This document shows, piece by piece, positions 24,885 to 37,188 of a DNA stretch of 64,000 nt. The stretch is from Phallusia mammillata (Eukaryota), in NCBI GenBank assembly GCA_965637545.1, contig OZ281494.1:31558001-31622000 (forward strand), in the 5' to 3' direction. A program made the translations under genes and the position numbers. The stretch's first letter is position 1. Each line of letters starts with the position of its first letter. Under the pieces are notes generated by a model, which made no database searches, was not told the origin of the DNA, and saw only the letters and a list, made by a program, of their open reading frames with translations.

Positions 24885-27795
24885 ACACCAATTTCAACCA
24901 CCCAGCGAACAAACTCAATTCACTTCTCAATTATCGCTCGGCATTGAATTGAGTTAGAGCTGGAATAGGCTAACTTGCTTGTGTGCTGTCTGTGGCCATG
25001 TTTGTTCTGCTCTTCGCATTGTCGGTCTATCAACATGGCAAGTGTGCATTCTGACGTCACACAGGTGTGAGGTGATTGCTTTGTGACGCAACAGACGCGA
25101 GTGATGGTGCGAACTTCGTGTTTGTTAGGGGTAGTGAGTGGATATGAATCTTGCGAGTAATCAAGTATAAGAAATTTTGAAGTTATTTAGCACAATTGTA
25201 CTGATAAAAACTCACATAAAGTTTTGTTTTTGCAATAATATTTCATGCGCTAAGCAGATTTGTTTCTTTAATTGCGTTTAAGCAGCACATGTTTTTGTTG
25301 CATAAGACAGCAACTAAATCAAGTGTGGATTGGTTTAAACTGTCGGTATCTTTAGAATCGATTTAAATGAATCAAGTCTGGTAAATTGTGAAAGGGTAGA
25401 TTTGAAAAAGAATCGAATTTTTGTATTCAATACCGTGATGACGTATATTGCTACGACGTTTTGTGATCCGATACTTTTTCATATCAATCTAGCAATATAC
25501 ATTGAACCGGTTAAAACTTAAAACAACAGACTTTTAAGCGATCATTTTACAACTCCGTTACCCTGATTGGCGTCGAAATATTGAAGCGCGAAGTATGAAT
25601 GTCAGAAGAGCTATGCTGTACTGAAATATGCCTAACAGCAAGAGTTTATATATTTGCAACTATGTTACTTACCCAACTATAAACAAATGTAAACTTAGTA
25701 TTGAGAAATGACCTACAATCAGAAGTTTACAATTTAGCTATGATTTTCACACAATCAACAAAAGATTTGAAAAGCAGAACGCATGGTCGAACAGAACAAT
25801 TTCATACACATATGATATCATATGTTCCTGTTCACATAGGAAAGTTGCCGGTATCTGTTGGCTACGGCTTAAGACAACCTACAATTTTGTAGTTTATTTT
25901 GGAAGCAAGGTGTTATATGACATATTTCTGAAGAGTGTTGCCTGACAGATTTATTGTGAAAGACTCACGTTGCCGTTTGTGTCCTCAGTTAAAGGTAAAC
26001 CGGAACGAATTAAATTTGATACGGTCACTTCAGTTTAAGAGCTAACCAAACATAAACTAGTTAGTTGCCAAAAAAATAGCTAGTGATACTGACCAAATTT
26101 ATGGTTTATGATTGAGTTTTTTTATAAGTAATCGCTAGCAACGAACGTAAAAGTAAAAAAAGCGAATTCTGTTGAACTTTATTTTCAAGTCAGTCTATTT
26201 GTCTGTTTGATTTTGTGTTTGTTTTTCGAGTTTTAATCGGTATTTTGCGCATTTAAAACAATACCTCATTTACCTTTAAAGTTTGACAATCCAAAACTAG
26301 CTCACACCACGACAAGCAAAATGTGCTATTTGTGTGTGCGGCTTGTTTCTCGTCACAGCAGCCATATCTATTGTGTCAACCACATCGGTTCGCTTGTTCG
26401 AGCAGCAATCGGACACCAAGGTACATCGTTTCGTCGTGGACTCAATTGTTCCTCAGGGCTGGTGGAATTCCAACTAACCCTCCTTCGAGCCTTCAATTAG
26501 TTGCATCTTACAACACTTTTGCTCGCCAGGGGGTCGAAGCGCAGCTAAATCCGTACCAAGCAGCGGTTTTGAGGAGCTTTTGTATAGTTGTTGGCCTGTT
26601 TCTGTAATTTGTCAAAGCTGTGCTAGTTTTTGAGACAGTTGGGCAAGGGCCTGTGACCTAAATATAAGAATTTGTAAGCCGTCTTGGTTAATGTGAAGTA
26701 TTCCCTACTGTTTTGACACATGGTTATTAAAAATCATGCACGTAAGGGTGTTAGCTACTGTGAAACTGCAAGACTTCTAATCTTTTGCAACTTAAGCACT
26801 AAGAAGTGAAACAACTTTTCAGACAGACATAACTTACCGGCATGTTAAAGGAAGTCCTATCTGAACTGTCCAACGAATTTTGCAGTTAAGAATCCATGGA
26901 TTATGAGAAGTGCTTATGTTTAAGACCGTGAAAAGTTTTCGTGAGTCTGCGGTCACTACATGACAAGGTTTTCGTGATTCTTCGATCAGTCCATGACATA
27001 CAAACATGTGTTTCAATTCCTTACTGATTTCCCTATTTTCATGAAGCGCAAAGTTAGTCTGAAGTAGAGCCAGTCCAAAACTACAAATTAAACAGTTTTA
27101 GTGACAACAGCACACACAAAATCAGTTTCTTATCATAAACTTGTTTAAGAATGGAACTGCTAGTCACAACCAGCATCAAAACCAGTAGCTGCAACAGACA
27201 TGTATAATTGTGCCATGTTTGGTGATTTCTTTTGTGTCAAAACAAACATCATAATTGTGTACCAGAATGCGTTCTTCACAGCTGTGATGTCACAAGTGTC
27301 TTGCATTGTATAATGACATGCAATTGATCGAGAGGTAGAAATTTAAACGACGCGCCCAGTTATACATCGTCACTGTTCTGCGGTTAGAGGTATCTATGCA
27401 AACAATAACTCAGGGACAATGTACTTTGTACGACTGGAAGAGAGAATAGCTGAAATTTTATGGAGCATTTGCGTTTGGTGAAGTCGTAAAAGTTCGGATA
27501 AACTTCAGCGATAACAAAAAACAGAGTGGAAGCTCGAAGTTGGTTTGCTTATACGAAACAAAATATGTGTATGCTTGTTTATATGGTACCGCTGATGATT
27601 GCTTTAATTCCTAACGTATTGAGCTGCAGTATGTAATGTGTTTTTAGCAAATTTGACCAGTTTTTTGCGACACGATCATGTCAAAAAAACATCAAGCCAG
27701 AAATAGCTACGCAATGTCAGAAAGTTATAGAACTCAAAAAGTGGAGGGCACAATTGATTAAACAAGGGTAAACCTGATGTAGCTAAAAAGTCATT

Positions 27796-30700
27796 ATGAA
27801 GCGATACGTGGCTCAAAGTGAATTGGGTAAGGTTGTTTGTGGGTAAACAGGAATAGGTAACGTTGCAGACATCAGCCGAGGCTAAAATCGAAGCACCCGT
27901 GTCAGGAAAAGAGTTTAGACAAATAAAACCGAAAAGAACCACAGCACAAAACTTTTATTGCAGTTTTTATGTGGTGTAAGTGCGTACAGTGTTTAACATT
28001 TTCTTATTTTAAACGGTATCATGGTTCTCTTTTTGCACCTATTTACTCAATACAGCTTTGAACGCTTTAGAGTGTTGAGTTTACATGTTTGTCAGTTATC
28101 CCCAGTAGGTCGGTGTTTTATTTCTGTCAACACTGCAATGGGGTTTTAAGATAGTTAAACACTGAATGGGTCCGGTTGTAAAGTAGTGTAAGCAAAGAGT
28201 TTCATTGGGAGATTTATTATCCACTCAGCAAACGTAGCCAGTTTTTAGCTGCGCAAGTCCAGGCTACAATACTCCGCAAAACAAGATTGAGTATAGTTGG
28301 ATTTGATTACAAGTAGCGGAAAATTGGCAATAAAGCACCTATTTTTGTAAGTTTAAGACAGGGCTTGGAAACCTTTCACTCGTGAGAGCCAATAAAATCA
28401 AAAGTGTTTTAAAGTGTATTACTTCGAAAGCCCTACAATCAGTGGTGGGATTCAGCCGGTTCGCACCGATTCTATAGAACCGTCTTACGAAATTTTATGA
28501 GATCAGGGAACCGGTTACCATTACTGGTTACTGTCAATGGACTTTTTGTAGCAGAACCGGCTAAAAAACATGACTTTTAGGATAGAACCGGCTGACAAAA
28601 AAATGGAATCGCACCACTGCCTACAATATATGTTTACTGATAAACGCTATTCTGCTACAACGCCATTTACCACATAGAAGACGCAATAAAACCTTTTTAC
28701 AGTTGTATTTATTAATGTTCAAGTTTTTTTCATTCTATTTTAGGGGCGAATCAGGTTCATTTGATAGTACCGCAGTGTCTGTGTTAGAATAAAATAAAAC
28801 ATACAATGTGGAAATAACGAAAAACAAGAAATCATCAGGATCGAAGTTTTTCGGGACCACTGCTGATTTTTACCCATCAAACACAACTTGGAATAACAGT
28901 CAACATGACTTTACTTTCACCACTTCAAACCTACAAAGGTGTGTTAATTATACCGACTTGTTGTTTACAAAAATACGCTTGATATTAAATTACATAAACT
29001 TAAACGCATTTATTGCCTTAAACTGCTAACAAACTGGAACGTGATCAAATGTCATTTTGACTTGATTTGTGACTTGTTTTAAAGTTTCAGTCATACTTTG
29101 ATGATTTAGTGACATTTAGAATTTCAATCATAAGCTGCTTTTGCTAAACCTTTACAAAATTTGGCTTTATTGTTTGCAAAACATTCACTGCCATATTTTT
29201 ACAGATTCGTCGGCCAAAGATACGCCCCTGAATCAGTGTGAAAACCTGGAAGAAGTTTTAAGTGAAATCACTGGAGAATTAACACAGGTAACACAGCATT
29301 TTTATTGGTTCAAAGCGTTACCCATCCAAAACCAAAGAAAAACATGTGGACGCATATTTTTACTGCATATAAAAGATCTTTTATCACTCTTCTGGGTTTT
29401 ACTACACTGTACATTTCAAGTGCTGGTAAAAATTTACCTAAGAAAGGTTGTTGTTGTTTTTTTAAAAAAAGCTTAACAGGAAACGTTTATCCATTTGAAA
29501 GACAATCCTTGTTGAACAAAACAGAAATTATTAATTTTACCAAATATGACACTGTAAAACAAACTCGTGTGCTGCACATGTCAGCATCATAGTAGGGGAT
29601 CGCCAGTTCGACTATTAATCGGTTAGGATGAACACAAATTCAATACTGGGATCAGCTCTGAAGCGTTTACGCAGACCAGCGATCACGGCACACTTAGCCT
29701 ATATATAAATCATAGTACACCAGGTCTAAATTGAAGGCCTGATACAGAATCAGCCGGTCGCCAAGCATTTCCACATATGGCAAGGCGTGGTCTAGAAACA
29801 TCAATGAGAAACCAGTTAAAAATCGGTTTCGCAAGATTTAGTACTTTTTCTTACTTATCCAGGTCCAATGGATGGGTATTGCAAGTTGGCTTCGTATCGA
29901 CCCAGATAAACTCCACCTGGTGTCCACTGCAAGTGGGTGCGACCTCCAGCGGCAGAAAACTCTCGGTTTGCTATGCTGGATTGAGGATGAACCAAGAACG
30001 GCAACGTTTGACCGCTTGGTGGCAGCATTACTGCAAGTTCAAGCTTCGTCGTTGGCAGGTAAAGTTTCAATGTGCAGCAGAAATTCGTCTGTAAGGTTGT
30101 AATACTGTAGCGACCATAGTCTGAATGGTAAAATAGTTGTTTTTATGATGCGCCATGTGCCTAAAGTCATATTACTGGTTTTACAACTGTATTGTGACGT
30201 GAACGTACGTCAGATTGGTCATAACAATGACATTTTAATAGAGTCGGTATTTGGACAATGCACTTTTGTTCTATTCTAAAGTAAAGAAACTGTTTCTTTG
30301 TCTCATGATTTTTAACAAAAGCACAGACAAAGTGAGGCGTCAAGCTGCATATAATATTGCTGTTACATAAACTTATTGTTTATATTCCACACTTACGAGC
30401 GTTGTGATTTTACCAGTTTGGTCTATTGATCATCCAAAGTTGCTAGCTCGGAGATACTCGGTATATAAATCTTTTGAACCTCGTTTTTGCCTTTGCAGGT
30501 GATGTAAAGACTTTTTGTCGGATACTTACCATGCGAAGAACGAGCCACACCCGCAAACACTTGTCACTGCAAACTCAATACTACTCCATGCAACTCGGTC
30601 CCCAATCTCGATATCCACAGCTACCCAAAACCGCTCTCTCCCAGGGCCAGTGGAAGCTTGCGGACATGCCTCTACCCCAATTCCTTTATGGTTCACCCAC

Positions 30701-33700
30701 AGTGGCGTTTTACCCATCTCGTTCAGTACCATCCAACGCTTCATTTGATCTCACATCTTCGGTGTCCATTCAAGGGTCAAAGTTGAACTTGGTTCATCGG
30801 GAACCGTGGGCTGTGAGAGTTACCAAGAAAGGTTAGTGTAAAGTTTACTGAGGTAACTATAGCAGAGTTGTAAGCGCTAAATTTGGGGACCAAAGGTACA
30901 AGCCCGAAACTGGGCGCACCTGATTGAAAAAATACGAATGATACCGTTGGTGAAGTCAGGCCTGCATCAAGCCCGAACCTGACTCGAAAAGCCCAGCCCG
31001 ACTTACAACTTTGCTTTATAGTTTATAGTATAGTGACTCTCCTGGCAAATGATTTAAAAGTGCCAAAGTTTAAAGACATGTCATGCTATAACGTAATTTG
31101 GAGGACAGTTCACTGGTTTGATACATTGTACACATGCAGATAAATGTTTTGCGTTTTGCTAAGGGATTTTTGTCTTGACGGCAAACCCCTGTTTTTAAAC
31201 GTTTGATTCACTTTTTCAACACCAAATCTGTAGTTTTGTGGCTAAGTTAGCCTTATGTATAGGCCTGTACCGCAAATGTCTTGTCACTAGCTGCACTGAC
31301 GAGACTTTACAGAGTTGGGTGTATTTCGGGTGAAGTAAACATAGCAACGCAATTGCACTAAAACAACACCAAGCTGGAAATAGCTGCGCACTGTAAAAAT
31401 GTAATTGGGTGCGAAAAAGAGAATGGAAATTGGTGGATAATGTCAAAACGCGCTGCAAGCTACACCGTGTTGTAAAGCGCTTGATGGAACCGTTTGAGGT
31501 GGTCCTAAAAAAGTTTGAAACATGGTACACTGTCTGCAGGTTACAAATCTGTAGTTGTAGCCTTTCTTGTTCTGTTGCCCTAAACATATGTGTGGTTCGC
31601 TCTCACCATAGCGTTTGCCGAAATATTGCGCAATATCCAATCACGTGATCGAGCGAGACCAATTCGCAAACGCAACTAAAAAACTCTTTTCTTCTTTGAT
31701 CCGAGCAAAAAGCGTATGAAAGTCGATACCTCGAGCATCTTTGCCAGCCCAGCGTTTATCTGTGTGTGTGACCCATTCCATTCAAACCAATGCTTTGATT
31801 TGGGTATCATGTTACAAGGCAAAACACAGGTCCTATCTTAGCGTATTCGCTAGGCCCGGTGTAAACCAGTGCAGCGTTTTGACCTATTGTGCTTGGTTTG
31901 GCCTAATTGAATTAACTTCAATATTGGTCCTTTGTCCTTCGCTGTATGTTCGTCGCTTTTGGATTTTCATCGGGTGTGTTGTTAAGTTTTTGCTGGTACA
32001 TAGTGATTGTTTTCCGGTTATTTGTTGCATGTTTTGTCACGTTACGCTATGTAAGTCATACTCTTGGCTGCTACACCTTAAATAAACTGCCCAAAATAGA
32101 TATGTAGGCTATGATATGTTACACAATACCTGGCTAGACAGAATAGGGTAATTTCATATATTCAGACATTTCCAAAACCATTAACTTGTCAACTAACAGT
32201 TAAACTGTTTGACTTACTTGACTTTGGTTGTCCTTTGTGACCTCCCTATCAATTTATTTTCAGCAGCAAGACCGTCTACAATCTCTGGAAAAACCCAGCA
32301 GCAGAAGAAGAAACGATCCCTGGGAGCCCACAAGCGATCAAGTAAATATTGCAAACTATAAGTGAATAAAAAGTTTTAAACAACACACATAGTTTTGTCT
32401 CTTCACGTTAGGAATTCTGATTAGATATACCATTTTGGCTTCGTTAACGTACCTGCGCCTTTCAGATGCCTGAAATGGTTTGCAATGAGTCTGTAAAATC
32501 GAAGGCGTTTTGTAGAACCAAGCATACCAACTATTTGGCATTGTCTGTTAAACAATTTTCAAAAATGTCGGAGCAAAACGTCTTCAATTCAAAAAAATGT
32601 TTATCTCAAGTAGAAGTTTAAACTTTCATTGTTGGTCTTTATAGCTAATTTGGTTCCCTGTGTTTTCATATACAACAAGCTTATGCTAAAATTGAGCGAA
32701 CCGTTTTAGTTAACTGATCAGCATGCTTTGATTTCGACAAATTTAGTAAAAACTAACTCATCTACATTAGCACCATATTAGTTGTTGCTGCCAGGCTTAC
32801 TAGAATAATAAATTGCGTTTCCAACAGATATAAAATAACACACAAAGCATTTATAAAGTAACAAACGCAGCTATAGCACTATTGTTTGGCTACAAACTGA
32901 TAATGTTTTAATGTCTTGTGTATACGTTATGTTTCATTTTTGCTTTGTTGCATCTCAGGTCAAGTTGACATCAGCACCACGATTAAGACCGCTGTTCCGC
33001 TCACCAACAACATTTACAGGGATTGTCATCCAGAGGAAATACAAGACAAGATTGCCAACAAACTCTTCGACTATTTACTCAAGTAACAAGTCACCATTAC
33101 TACGTAGCTTTTAAAACAGTTTACCTGAATCAAAAAACAACTGGTTATGAGAGTATACCTACTAAAGGAGTGTGGATAAGATATTAAAATGCACATTACT
33201 TTAAAAATATGTGGTAAGAGTGAAATATATATACATATATATGTATGTATAAACGAATCTAGCTGGTTGTTGTATATTGGGTACTCACATATTTTGGTTA
33301 TTAGCATCAGAATATCAAATTCCATCGTGTTACGGAAAAAAAAACTCTTCATAATCATATATTCTGGTTGTTTGCATAAAAAAGCTCAACAAATTGTAGA
33401 TGTTAAGTTATTTTTTTGCAGAATATATGAGTTTTTGTACATTTGGAAAAGTTGTTGTTATGTAAATTTTGTTTGTTTGGTTTAGCGGAAACGGTTCAAG
33501 AGAAGTTCTGTCAGTTGTTTCAACTCTCGAATCAATTGAGGGACTGGTAGTGAAAAAGTTGAGAAGAGGTTCGATCAAAATTGAGACAAACCTCCATAAA
33601 GCATCGGCTCTTAAAGCTCTTTGGGGTCATTTTGAATCAGGTGAGACAATGGTCCGTTTTCAAAGTTTTTTTTATGTGAACTCATACAAATTTTAAAATT

Positions 33701-36700
33701 AGTGTAAAGTCCTAAGTAAGTTAGCAATTAAACTTGTTGTTTTTGCTTGCTATATGTAATTTAAGTTTTTAATATGATGTCATTTCGTTGCGCCATAAAT
33801 GAAGCCACGCGTCTTGAATTGTGATAATGTTGGCAAATTAAAATCTTAACTAAAATTCTTGTCTTTTCACAAGGAAGTGTAGGCTATGTTTTACAAGATT
33901 TTAACATAATGGTTCTAACTGTTAAGTTACCAACAGCGCACACTATTTCACACTGTAACTTCTATAAGATCAGTGCAGCTGGTGACGAGAGATTTGTCGT
34001 ATGAGCTAATGTAGCCCCTTACCATGTTGGCTCGATTCTTTTATATTGATCCTTACTGTATATTTTCAACGTAGGTCATTTGAATGAGATCTTTCAAGAT
34101 CAGTTGATTTCCGACAACGCACTGAAGATGTCTGGCGCTTTTGCAATTTCACTTGAGACAAGCATTGACAGAAATGAACTTGAATCCGGGTTACAGCAAC
34201 TTCAGGTGGGAAAAACAAAAAGCATTTGATTGACGTTTATAGCTTTTTTTGCCGTAGAATGTAGAAAAAAAGTTTTTTTATGGTTATAACCACTACCCTG
34301 TTGCGCTTGCTGAAATAAAGTCTGTAATGAAGGAAGGCAATCAGTCTAATATCGTTACTAAACAATGCACTTAACTACACATAAGTCCATATTGTTACTT
34401 ATTCACGGTATTTATACCTACAGGACGGTTTTAAGAAATAATCCTAATACTAATAAGTCTGAGCATATAGACTAAGCTTCTGAGTCCTTAAGTCCTTGTT
34501 TTTATAAACTTAGTTTTTTAACGGGTTTTTAATCTAGGACCGTCTCGAATATAAATATTTGTTGTGCTTTAAACAGGGCGCTCCAAGCGGTGGAAAAGGT
34601 TTGGCTCATTCTGTCGCTAGACGGCAGCCGGGGGTCAACACTTGGGCACCATCGCCTATCCGCTTGAAGGCACCATACAAACAGACGCCAAGATTTCCTC
34701 TCACTGGAATGCAATCTAACCCACAGTTTCGGTAATATAAACGACTTAATTTGAACTAATTAAAACGAAAGGCAATACATAAGTATTTTTTCATCTTTTA
34801 CGGTGTTGCAATCGTGGTATGTTAAAGACCGAATTTTAGCATGTTACTGAGCAATTCTTGTAATCAAGCAAGTCAAAAATGCAAAACATATTGTGATTCT
34901 AAACCAAAGTAAAAACTTAGCATCTGTCCGTTAGCAATTGGTTTATGCTTCTAAAATTTTTTAGCAACTGGCTAGTTTTAGGTCCTCTAAACCAGGGGTG
35001 TCAAACTCGCGGCCCACGAACACTCAACAACAATTGTATTATTTTGTCAGATATTGGTGCGGCCGTAAACATGTTCATTTAAATAATGTACTGGCGACCG
35101 TGATGTAAAATACCATTGGCAAAAATATTGATCTTCAAACTGCTCTAAACAGATTTTGTGTTACTGAAAAGAGTATTACTAGCCTAGCAGCCATATGCGT
35201 CAGACTTTTTTGTAGGCCTATTGTGTGCAAACAATGCGAAAAACAGGTACCAAAAGCGTCACAATATAGATTATGACGTAATAAACAGTTAAAACTGATC
35301 CTCATACTGTGCAGCTCAATCTCTGCATGAAGTTGGAAATTAATCTGGGCTTTGGGGACGTCAATAGTTCGTATATATATATGATATAAACCCATTTCTT
35401 TACATCTGTAATTTTGAAACAAAAACCAGCAGGTAATTGGCGCTGTTGGTGAAATAAGGATCTGCAATGCGGCCGGCGTAGCGAAAAGGTTGTTCAAGTG
35501 TATAAAACTTCTCGGCATAATTTTCAAACTGCAATGTGGCCCTCGAACCTCACGAGTTTGACACCCCTGCTCTAAACTAAAGTATTTAGCCAACCAAAGA
35601 ACATTTCGTTGTTTTGTGACAGAGTATCATCTGTACCTGCCAGTCGATCTGTCACTGTTGAACTAGCACCCAGCGTTCGTACTGTGCGACCAGAGCCACG
35701 CGGGTCAATTGGGCGGGGAGAGAAGCCTCGAATCCCCGGCAAGTCTGACAGCGTCCACGGTGTCATTTACGATGAGTCCAACGACCTACCCGATGATGCA
35801 GACGACCGATTGGCGGAAAAAGAACTAGAGGCACGTGACCCCGAGAGCCAATCAGCGCCGCCCCCAACTCCGGAGTTCCCCGAAGGTGAAATATCAAGTT
35901 TTCATAAATAATTTGCAATTGGAAAAATGAAATTAAACATGTCTTTGCTCTGTGTAAATGACAACATACTTGTTATTTCAAATCGCGAATGCAAAAATCC
36001 AATTTAGGGACAAAAACACAAAATTCTTTCAAGACAATTGTAGCTTTTAAATCTAAGCTTGCTCAGAAGCACGCATAGTCAATCAATAATGTAAACCAGA
36101 GTGCAAATGAAAACCTGCAAAAATTGTGAGCCATGGTTTGCATTAGACCCAAATTATTGTATAAAACCACTTAGCGATTAGGTTTATTTGAAAATTGTCT
36201 TTAAACCATTTCCTTTTCACTTAGAGATTTCTTTGTGGTCTAAATGCAAGTACCTTTTAGATCCCTCGGGTGGAAAGTTGGATAAACAAGAAAAGAACGA
36301 TGATCTTGGAATTAAAGTTGCAATGGAAGATTTGGAGAAGAGAACCCAGGAAGCGGAAACAGCTTACAGGTAGAAGAAAAGTAAACGTATTTTGTCATTA
36401 TATATGGGTTTAATCACGTTTTATACGCCTGCAACGCCTACACAGGGTGTCTCTAACATTGCAGGGAAGTACAGTATGACATGTGTGGGGTACAGACAAA
36501 TCCGGCAAGATACAAACACAAGAGTAGCGCAGAAAATTTGCAAGACATTACGTTCTAATAGGTTTTTACTATTGCATAATAAACAATTCCTTAACTGTCT
36601 CTGAACAAGGTTGGTATTTTTAAGGATCTTTTGACTATTCAGGCTGATTTGTTATTCGATTGTTTTGAAAATTGCAGACAATTTGATGAAACTCTCTTGC

Positions 36701-37188
36701 GACGTCTGGTGGACGCGCTAAAGGGTTCATCCCAACTCGGCATCGAAAAAATCCACCACGTCAGCGACCTACGTAAGTACGCCACTATATTACGTCAGAA
36801 TGACGCAGCGGACACCGCGAAGCTGGTCGAAGAATTTGTCAACGTCACCGAATCACTGGACCGTATCCACCGTGACGTAACTTCCAAGATTTGGCTCCGT
36901 GTCGCAGAAAATTCGTCGGCGTCAGCGCGATCACGTGATTCCACTGGTAGCCACCGGAGGTCGCCATTGAGGAACCAAGTGACGCAATCCATAGAAATCT
37001 GGCAGAAGATGTTGGATCCCAAATATGACTTCAGTGAGCTGGAATCAAATGAAGAGGAGCATTTAAGAAGAATTCTTTCGCAGCAGGAGCTGGAGGAATA
37101 CGGAGGACTTCTCTCCCACGTGCCGGCGCTCCTCGCTACAGCGAAAACCTGTCATCAATTGCTCAATCATTACCTGCAAGCGCCTTGA
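27796..37188 (+). CDS. Uncharacterised DEATH-domain + TRADD-N-like domain protein (~720 aa)
   Basis: Phase-consistent exons: 27796-27826 (alternative start exon 28905-28938, also in frame), 29205-29287, 29863-30058, 30499-30831, 32264/32267-32341 (NAGNAG acceptor), 32959-33082, 33486-33640, 34075-34205, 34577-34731, 35623-35885, 36261-36369, 36678-37188; the total is divisible by 3. DEATH-like segment: QWMGIASWLRIDPDKLHLV...LLCWIEDEPRTATFDRLVAALLQVQASSLA. TRADD-N-like segment: LVVKKLRRGSIKIETNLHKASALKALWGHFESGHLNEIFQDQLI. Confidence 0.8.
28440..28619. mobile_element. hAT-superfamily MITE
   Basis: TIR cagtggtgggattc / gaatcgcaccactg; perfect TSD cctacaat; internal gaaccgg repeats. Confidence 0.85.
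29205..30058 (+). other. DEATH domain
   Basis: Characteristic W-x2-[IL]A-x2-L, L-x2-W and AT-x3-L-x2-AL pattern over about 90 aa in two exons. Confidence 0.8.
29623..29800 (-). mobile_element. 5'-truncated copy of the same SINE (body+tail in normal collinear order)
   Basis: Contains gaatcagccggtcgccaagcatt..catatggcaagg (body) joined to gcagaccagcgatcacgg..tatatataaatcatagtac (tail). Confidence 0.8.
30863..31013. mobile_element. MITE of the cagagttgtaag family
   Basis: TIR cagagttgtaag / cttacaactttg; internal gcccga repeats and gtgaagtcaggc shared with 43456 and 59787; TSD only partly conserved. Confidence 0.65.
31300..31530 (-). repeat. Copy of the same dispersed repeat
   Basis: caattgcactaaaacaacaccaagctggaaatagctgcgca...tggtggataatgtcaaaacgcgctgcaagctac. 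Confidence 0.65.
32959..34205 (+). other. TRADD-N-like domain
   Basis: GS[IL]x[IL] beta-hairpin motif, then ALxxLW, SGxL and a terminal LETSIDRNEL strand-helix. This is the pattern I associate with TRADD-N-like domains of invertebrate death-fold proteins (recall, not searched). Confidence 0.6.
34993..35569. mobile_element. hAT-superfamily MITE
   Basis: Perfect 17-bp TIR caggggtgtcaaactcg; perfect TSD ctctaaac. Confidence 0.9.

Noticed and set aside
26299-26476. Plus-strand 65-aa single-pass microprotein (MNLASNQ|LTPRQAK...GWWNSN)
   Set aside because: It requires a weak donor and a weak acceptor, and competing frames and strands are equally plausible.
35135-35593. 152-aa ORF as a transposase fragment
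   Set aside because: It lies within a MITE, and no DDE/hAT motifs are recognisable.
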